DNA from: Cellulophaga sp.
GTDB taxonomy: Bacteria > Bacteroidota > Bacteroidia > Flavobacteriales > Flavobacteriaceae
DNA length: 64,000 nt
Reading direction: 5' to 3'
Assembly (NCBI GenBank): GCA_036478775.1
Contig: JAZGEQ010000048.1
Location: 19,112 to 83,111, forward strand
A program made the translations under genes and the position numbers. A model generated the notes under the pieces. That model did not search any database, was not told the DNA's origin, and saw nothing but the letters and a program-made list of their open reading frames with translations. Positions 58,855-64,000 of this stretch are shown in pieces. Within the stretch, counting starts at the first letter, position 1, and each line of letters starts with the position of its first letter.

Positions 58855-59297
58855 TAGCGACAGTAAATAGTTAAATAAATGAATCCAATAAAAATAGCTC
58901 CGTTCAAAATAGTTCGGATAAGGTGGAGGCCTCCCCATTTTATAATATCCGCAGAAGTTTGTTCAGAAAGAGGATCAACATCCTTATGCATTAAACGATT
59001 ATTAAGTGGCATCATTAAGAATATAGTATAAGGACCATTTAAATGCATAATTAGAGAAACTCCGAACCACCACCAATTTCCTGTACTAAAAGAGTAGGCC
59101 AATGCCAACAATGTAACAATAATGGATAGTACAAGGACCCAGATATGTGTTTTGTCAAAAAAAGGTTTAAATATTTCTATGGCGGTTGTCTTCTTGGCCA
59201 TAACCATAATTGGATGGACAATAACGGTAGCGGTCAAAGCAATCCCAAATTGGGCACCCATAAGTAATAGAATCAGTACTACTAATAGTTCGGTCAT
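58854..59297 (-). CDS. DUF1772/anthrone oxygenase-like membrane protein
   Basis: Four TM segments, MPLNNRL, KWGGLHLIRT. Confidence 0.75.
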   Translation of the reverse strand: MTELLVVLILLLMGAQFGIALTATVIVHPIMVMAKKTTAIEIFKPFFDKTHIWVLVLSIIVTLLALAYSFSTGNWWWFGVSLIMHLNGPYTIFLMMPLNNRLMHKDVDPLSEQTSADIIKWGGLHLIRTILNGAIFIGFIYLTIYCR

Positions 59298-59536
59298 AAG
59301 TTCTAGTGTTTTTAAGTATATTGTAGGCGCAAGTTCAACGCTCCCAACAAGATAAGGAAAATAACCGAAATTGATTTTTTGTGACTAATTCTGAATTGGA
59401 TTGGTCCTTTTTTAAATAGAGAAAACAGATGGGGTTCGAAGTAAAACTCAAAGGAGAACGACAACGAAACCTTTTAATCTGTTCTGAATTCAGAATACTA
59501 CCTTCAATGAGAGTCTCTTTTATATTGAAGTGGGGA

Positions 59537-60055
59537 CTATTTTTTTTCAGGGATAAAGGTTAGTGCCGCTCCATTAATGCAATGTCTTTCTCCAGTGGTA
59601 TCGCTAGGACCATCGTCGAATACATGGCCTAAATGCCCTCCGCAAACAGCACAGTGCTCCTCTGTTCTCCTATACCCAATTTTATAATCCACATCAAAAA
59701 GAACGTTTCCTTTTATCTCTCGGTCAAAGCTTGGCCACCCTGTACCCGATTTAAATTTATGACTGCTTTTGAATAAATGTGTACCACAGCCAGCGCAAGC
59801 GTAGGTGCCTTTTTCTTTATTGGTGAGAAAAGAACTGGTAAAAGGGTTTTCGGTACCAGATTTTCTAAGAATGTAGAATTGGATATCCGTAAGTTGTTTA
59901 CGCCATTCACTGTCTGTTTTTGTCACTTTATAGGTGCTTGTTTTGCTTGAAACTTCTTCTGTAGCAGCTTCCTTTTCTTGTGAAACTCCTTTGCAACTTG
60001 TCATCATTATGAAAAGTACAACTAACATTTTGTTTACTATAGTATTCATATTCAT
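59537..60055 (-). CDS. msrB: Peptide-methionine (R)-S-oxide reductase, lipoprotein form
   Basis: GTENPF, YACAGC, SGTGWPSF, CGGHLGHVFDDGP, RHCING; lipobox TSC. Confidence 0.95.
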   Translation of the reverse strand: MNMNTIVNKMLVVLFIMMTSCKGVSQEKEAATEEVSSKTSTYKVTKTDSEWRKQLTDIQFYILRKSGTENPFTSSFLTNKEKGTYACAGCGTHLFKSSHKFKSGTGWPSFDREIKGNVLFDVDYKIGYRRTEEHCAVCGGHLGHVFDDGPSDTTGERHCINGAALTFIPEKK

Positions 60056-60134
60056 ATTATTTTACTTTTTCTATTCCATCAGTGGGTTTAATACCTCGAC
60101 AATTGTTCTATGTCATTTAAGTTTAGGCTATAAA

Positions 60135-60167
60135 TGTCAGTCTGAACGGAGTCGAAGACATTTAAAT
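60135..60167. repeat. REP-like element
   Basis: 29/33 identical to the reverse complement of 9096-9128. Confidence 0.7.
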
Positions 60168-60330
60168 CCTTAATTTATTGATATTGGATGCTTACTTACG
60201 TCGAATATAAAGGCTTTGTTTCTTGTTAATGCCTGGGTTTGCCCCAAGGTTGTTTACTTAGACGTAGGCCTTTGTAAATACTTTCAAAGGGGTAAATATC
60301 TTGAATTAGTGAATGTTTTTTTTAGTTTTT

Positions 60331-60360
60331 TGTAACAAATTCAAATAAAAAGCTACTTAT
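60331..60360 (+). promoter_or_regulatory. Putative ECF promoter TGTAACAAAT-N11-GCTACTTAT
   Basis: Same motif and spacing as upstream of the ECF sigma gene. Confidence 0.65.
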
Positions 60361-60388
60361 ATAGTATAACAATCAAAAAACAATCAAA

Positions 60389-60751
60389 ATGGAAGTCATC
60401 AATCAAAAAACAGTGCGTACCGACACCAATTTAATAGTTATAACGCACTTAACACAATTGTTAACCTATATAATTGGTTTTGGAGGACTAATTGTTCCTT
60501 TAATAATATGGTTAACTTCAAAAGATTCTGTAGAAGGAATGAATGAGCATGGTAAATCTATCATTAATTTTCAGTTAAGCATGCTACTTTATATTGTAAT
60601 ATGTATTCCGGGAATATTATTGTTGGGATTAGGAATATTGGGTATAATAGGTGTAGCAATTATGGGATTTGTAATGCCTATCGTAAATGCGGTAAGAGCT
60701 GCAAACGGAGAAGAATTAAGTAACTTTATGACAATACGTTTTATCTCATAA
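60389..60751 (+). CDS. DUF4870 membrane protein
   Basis: HLTQL, PLIIWL..KD, HGKSIINFQLS. Confidence 0.88.
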   Translation: MEVINQKTVRTDTNLIVITHLTQLLTYIIGFGGLIVPLIIWLTSKDSVEGMNEHGKSIINFQLSMLLYIVICIPGILLLGLGILGIIGVAIMGFVMPIVNAVRAANGEELSNFMTIRFIS

Positions 60752-60771
60752 AACACGGACAGTTATAGTAT

Positions 60772-60803
60772 AAAAATCCAGGCAAGAAATTGTCTGGATT
60801 TTT
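60772..60803. terminator. Bidirectional terminator
   Basis: AAAAATCCAGGCAA-GAAA-TTGTCTGGATTTTT between convergent genes. Confidence 0.8.
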
Positions 60804-60848
60804 AGTTTACTTCTTTTATGTGAATATAGGTTTACTACTATGTAAGTG

Positions 60849-61205
60849 CTATAAACTAGCTAAAGATGCATATAGTTTAAAACTTTTTCTGTCATGATGG
60901 TAGATAATAAAAAGAGATAATTTTTCTTTTAAATCTTTTAGTACGGTTGCATCACTGTTTATTTCAGTAAGAAAATTTTGATATATTTTTTTCATTGTTT
61001 TACTATGCTTAAAGTCAGACTTTATGCTACGCATAACAAAACTAATACCGTCTTTAGTTTTAATATTTTTAATCTTGGTTAAATCCTCTGTTAAAATTTC
61101 ATTCTCCCAATAAAAATTGGTGTTTCTAGTTGTGGATTGCGAGAAACCATTTGATAGAAAACTTAGAAATAATGCGAAAACGAGTACTTTTTTTACTTTT
61201 TTCAT
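60849..61205 (-). CDS. Exported hypothetical protein
   Basis: ATG start, signal peptide ending GFSQ, fills the gap between terminators. Confidence 0.6.
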   Translation of the reverse strand: MKKVKKVLVFALFLSFLSNGFSQSTTRNTNFYWENEILTEDLTKIKNIKTKDGISFVMRSIKSDFKHSKTMKKIYQNFLTEINSDATVLKDLKEKLSLFIIYHHDRKSFKLYASLASL

Positions 61206-61381
61206 CTTGAATTGATTTTAAATTTTTGGAATCTTTTTTTTGCCTTAGTAAGTACTAATGCTTTGCAAATATAATTCCTTGTTGGACTATTTGAATGGTC
61301 CAGATGATTTAGAATTAATAGTCCAGAAGTGATATTGAAATATGTGAATAGACAATGAGGAGTGCCAAAGGTTCTAGAAAC

Positions 61382-61411
61382 AAAAAAACCACAACTATTA
61401 GGTTGCGGTTT
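61382..61411 (-). terminator. Terminator after dnaN
   Basis: Plus-strand AAACCACAAC-TATTAG-GTTGCGGTTT stem; T7 tail on the minus strand. Confidence 0.7.
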
Positions 61412-61432
61412 CTCTTTATAAATCTTATTTTT

Positions 61433-62551
61433 TTAGTTATTCAACATAACCGGCATAACAAGCATAACAACATTTTCACCTTCATCTAAACCATCAATAG
61501 GAGTTAAGATTCCAGCTCTATTTGGTAAGCTCATTTCTAATGAAACTTCTTCAGAGTTAAGGTTATTAAGCATCTCAACGAAAAAACGCGAGTTAAAGCC
61601 AATTTGCATATCGTCTCCCTGGTAAGCACAAGTTAAACGTTCCTCTGCTTTATTACTGTAATCTATATCTTCTGCTGAAATATTTAATTCAGCTCCAGCA
61701 ATTTTCAAACGTATTTGATGCGTAGTCTTATTAGAGAATATAGAAACACGACGTACAGAGCTCAAAAACTGATTTCTCGCAATAGTCAATCTGTTAGGGT
61801 TCTCTTTAGGAATTACCGCTTCATAGTTAGGATATTTACCATCTATAAGTCTACATATCAATTCTGTTCCTTCAAAAATGAATTTAGCATTGCTTTCATT
61901 ATACTCAATGGTAACATCTGTTTCGCTACCAGCCAATATTCCTTTTAATAGGTTTAATGGTTTTTTAGGCATTATAAATTCTGCAACCTCAGATGCTGTA
62001 ACATCTGTTCTTTGGTATTTTACTAATTTGTGCGCATCTGTCGCAACAAAGGTCAAATTCTCTGGAGAAAACTGAAAGAATACGCCGCTCATAACAGGTC
62101 TTAAATCATCGTTACCAGCAGCAAATATAGTTTTGCTAATTGCCGTAGCCAAGATGTCCCCAACAAGTGTAGTAGAACTAGGATTAGAAAGCTCTACCGC
62201 TTTAGGAAACTCTGCGCCATCTGCATAGGCCAAAGCATATTTACCATGATTAGAGCTAATTTCAACAGTATTGTTTTCTTCTATAACAAAGGTTAACGGT
62301 TGTTCTGGAAAAGTTTTTAAAGTCTCTAGTAATAATTTTGCTGGTACCGCAATAGTTCCTTCGTTATCTGAATCGACCTCTAAAACAGAACTCATTGTTG
62401 TTTCTAAATCCGAAGCAGAAACAGTCAATTGGTTTTTGCTTAAATCAAAAAGAAAATTATCTAAGATTGGTAAAGTATTACTACTATTAATGACACCTCC
62501 CAATACTTGTAATTTCTTTAATAAATAGGTGCTAGATACTATAAATTTCAT
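61433..62551 (-). CDS. dnaN: DNA polymerase III beta subunit (sliding clamp)
   Basis: LPILDNFLF, SASDLE, RPVMSGV, VATDAHKL, RLIDGKYPNY, IGFN, VMPV. Confidence 0.98.
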   Translation of the reverse strand: MKFIVSSTYLLKKLQVLGGVINSSNTLPILDNFLFDLSKNQLTVSASDLETTMSSVLEVDSDNEGTIAVPAKLLLETLKTFPEQPLTFVIEENNTVEISSNHGKYALAYADGAEFPKAVELSNPSSTTLVGDILATAISKTIFAAGNDDLRPVMSGVFFQFSPENLTFVATDAHKLVKYQRTDVTASEVAEFIMPKKPLNLLKGILAGSETDVTIEYNESNAKFIFEGTELICRLIDGKYPNYEAVIPKENPNRLTIARNQFLSSVRRVSIFSNKTTHQIRLKIAGAELNISAEDIDYSNKAEERLTCAYQGDDMQIGFNSRFFVEMLNNLNSEEVSLEMSLPNRAGILTPIDGLDEGENVVMLVMPVMLNN

Positions 62552-62997
62552 CTGCTAGTTTTTTTGTTGCCTCTTGGTAGGCTAAATTTTCGATTTAAAA
62601 ACCGAATTAAGTTTGATTAATTTTTCACTCTCTAAGGTTTACTTAGAAGGAATACACAAAATTATTTTTTATAAGTGTGTTTCTTTAGAAAAACATCTAA
62701 AAATCACAGCAAAGAAATCCTGAACTTGTGGGTAATTCTTAGAAACAAAGATATTTTAAAAGTCCTTTTATAACAACCAAACTTATTAACACTTATAGAA
62801 TATGCTTTTTCTATTTGAAACGACTAATTACGACCCTTAAAAGAAGTGTGATTAATACGGGAAGATCACTATTTACAAGCTGTTAGTTGATTTTTATATT
62901 TTATATGTCTTTCGGAAATAAAGAAAGATAGAATCCTTTTTATTTTTTTTTATGTTTATAAGTCCTTTTTTGACTAAAAGAGAATTGCTGTTTTTTG

Positions 62998-63297
62998 CTA
63001 AAAATTCTTTGGATCCATTTTATTCAAGCTCCAAGCTTCAGGCTTATCCGAAAACAATGTCTTCGTTTTTTTCCAAACGGATTTAAAAAATTCCGAATTT
63101 CTATAGGTATCTAAATCTGTTTCGGTATTCCAGTGGCTATAGGTAAAAAATAGGCATGGGTTTCCTTTATCTTGGTACAATTCTAAAAAACAACAACCTT
63201 CTGTGCCACGAATGGCTTCTTTAGAGTCTTCGAAAATTTGTTGAAATTTTTCAATATGTTCTCTCTTAAAAGTCAATTTTACAATCCGAACGAGCAT
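62998..63297 (-). CDS. ABM family (putative quinol monooxygenase) protein
   Basis: RIVKLTF, FFTYSHW...L..YR.SEFF. Confidence 0.85.
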   Translation of the reverse strand: MLVRIVKLTFKREHIEKFQQIFEDSKEAIRGTEGCCFLELYQDKGNPCLFFTYSHWNTETDLDTYRNSEFFKSVWKKTKTLFSDKPEAWSLNKMDPKNF

Positions 63298-64000
63298 TTA
63301 CAAAAAGTTTATTAGTATAGTGTCTCTATAGTCTAATCCAAGTAGTGTTGCGGCACCACCAACAGTATTAAGGTCGCTTTTATAAATAGCCAGTTCAATA
63401 TAGTCCGAAGAGTTAAATATAGCCATCATATCTCCAGGGCCTTTCCGTTGGTTTTTTTCCAATTCAAAATTTATAATATCGCTATATTTATTATGAATGG
63501 CTTTAATTTTTTTATTGCGAACATTAAGCTCAAAGGAACGCCCTTTTCTATAGGTTTCGAACAGTTTTCTTTGCACGTTAAAAACTACATTGCCATAATT
63601 ATCAATATAAATGACACTTCCAATTATAGTTTTTCCGTCATCCGTAATTCTTGGCGCAAATTCTTTTAATTCTTTTAGAGCGTTAAATTTTTTGCCAATA
63701 ACCTCTAATGTTCCGCCACGGGCTATATGGCATGCGGCCTTAACAAAAACATCTATAACAGGAAAAGAACTATTTGCTGTAGAGGGAATATTAATTTCTA
63801 CAGTTTTATCTGGTTTAATTTCAGAAGTTATTAAACCCATTACACCATTATTAGCAACAATAAAATAGTGTCCGTCTATAAGCGTAATGATATGTTGGTT
63901 TTCTGGTGTTTCTTCCGCATCTACACCTACTATGTGTATACTGCCTTTAGGAAAGGTTTTGTACGAACTTTTTAATATATAGGCACATTCTTGTATGTCG
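63298..64000 (-). CDS. SAM hydrolase / chlorinase-fluorinase family (DUF62) protein; runs off the right edge
   Basis: Frame extended by hand: FPKGSIHIVGVD, ANNG, FPVIDVFVKAACH, YIDNYGNVVFN. Confidence 0.9.
   Translation of the reverse strand, partial: DIQECAYILKSSYKTFPKGSIHIVGVDAEETPENQHIITLIDGHYFIVANNGVMGLITSEIKPDKTVEINIPSTANSSFPVIDVFVKAACHIARGGTLEVIGKKFNALKELKEFAPRITDDGKTIIGSVIYIDNYGNVVFNVQRKLFETYRKGRSFELNVRNKKIKAIHNKYSDIINFELEKNQRKGPGDMMAIFNSSDYIELAIYKSDLNTVGGAATLLGLDYRDTILINFL

Noticed and set aside
1502-58938. ORF-track starts at 1502, 27309, 39660, 47159, 54282 and 58938
   Set aside because: They lie in promoter elements or upstream genes; downstream starts (1526, 27342, 39723, 47186, 54315, 58854) fit better
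50023-59300. Impression of higher GC suggesting a foreign island
   Set aside because: Spot counts were similar to native genes such as the amidohydrolase; needs a computed GC and codon profile
2443-63868. Many short ORFs in the track antisense to or overlapping long genes (e.g. 2443-2775, 5766-6047, 10807-11094, 18520-18843, 32000-32374, 44734-45012, 49087-49527, 56603-57064, 61715-61948)
   Set aside because: They are shadows of well-supported genes with no recognisable motifs
63298-64000. Fluorinase or chlorinase activity
   Set aside because: The conserved housekeeping context fits the common DUF62 SAM hydrolase; nothing supports halogenation
1-64000. tRNA, rRNA, riboswitch, CRISPR array, transposase, toxin-antitoxin or known defence system
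   Set aside because: No recognisable signatures by eye; a covariance-model scan would be needed to exclude small RNAs

Overview
AT-rich chromosomal window from a Bacteroidota organism, most likely Flavobacteriaceae (TAnnTTTG promoters, no Shine-Dalgarno sites, family-typical synteny). Left to right: (1) a damage-inducible mutagenesis cassette (DEDDh exonuclease/GIY-YIG and XRE-S24 repressor, divergent from dnaE2-dinB) with a visible operator palindrome; (2) small lipoproteins and an OmpA protein; (3) a TonB-dependent siderophore receptor/PepSY-TM iron operon; (4) an accessory block downstream of mnmE with a TPR sensor kinase, a LytTR regulator, two paralogous cadherin-repeat surface lipoproteins (NHL versus BspA heads) and two exported unknowns; (5) core genes mnmE, mnmA, flavin oxidoreductase, SPFH/Arc and a cold-shock protein; (6) a MoxR-DUF58-DUF4350-DUF4129-SpoIIM-RDD locus; (7) an ECF sigma/anti-sigma pair, M20 amidohydrolase, xerD, beta-barrels and aroQ; (8) a second LytS/LytTR cassette with an OM beta-barrel preceded by a 23-nt homopolymer, an M50-like membrane protease and a frameshifted DUF5694 lipoprotein; (9) lpdA, msrB and dnaN, with gldF-gldG apparently missing from their usual position. 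Intergenic regions hold several REP-like palindrome families, a shared ECF-type promoter, a LytTR-type direct repeat and a candidate small RNA. I saw no rRNA, tRNA, CRISPR array or intact transposase. All family assignments come from motif recognition by eye, not database searches.
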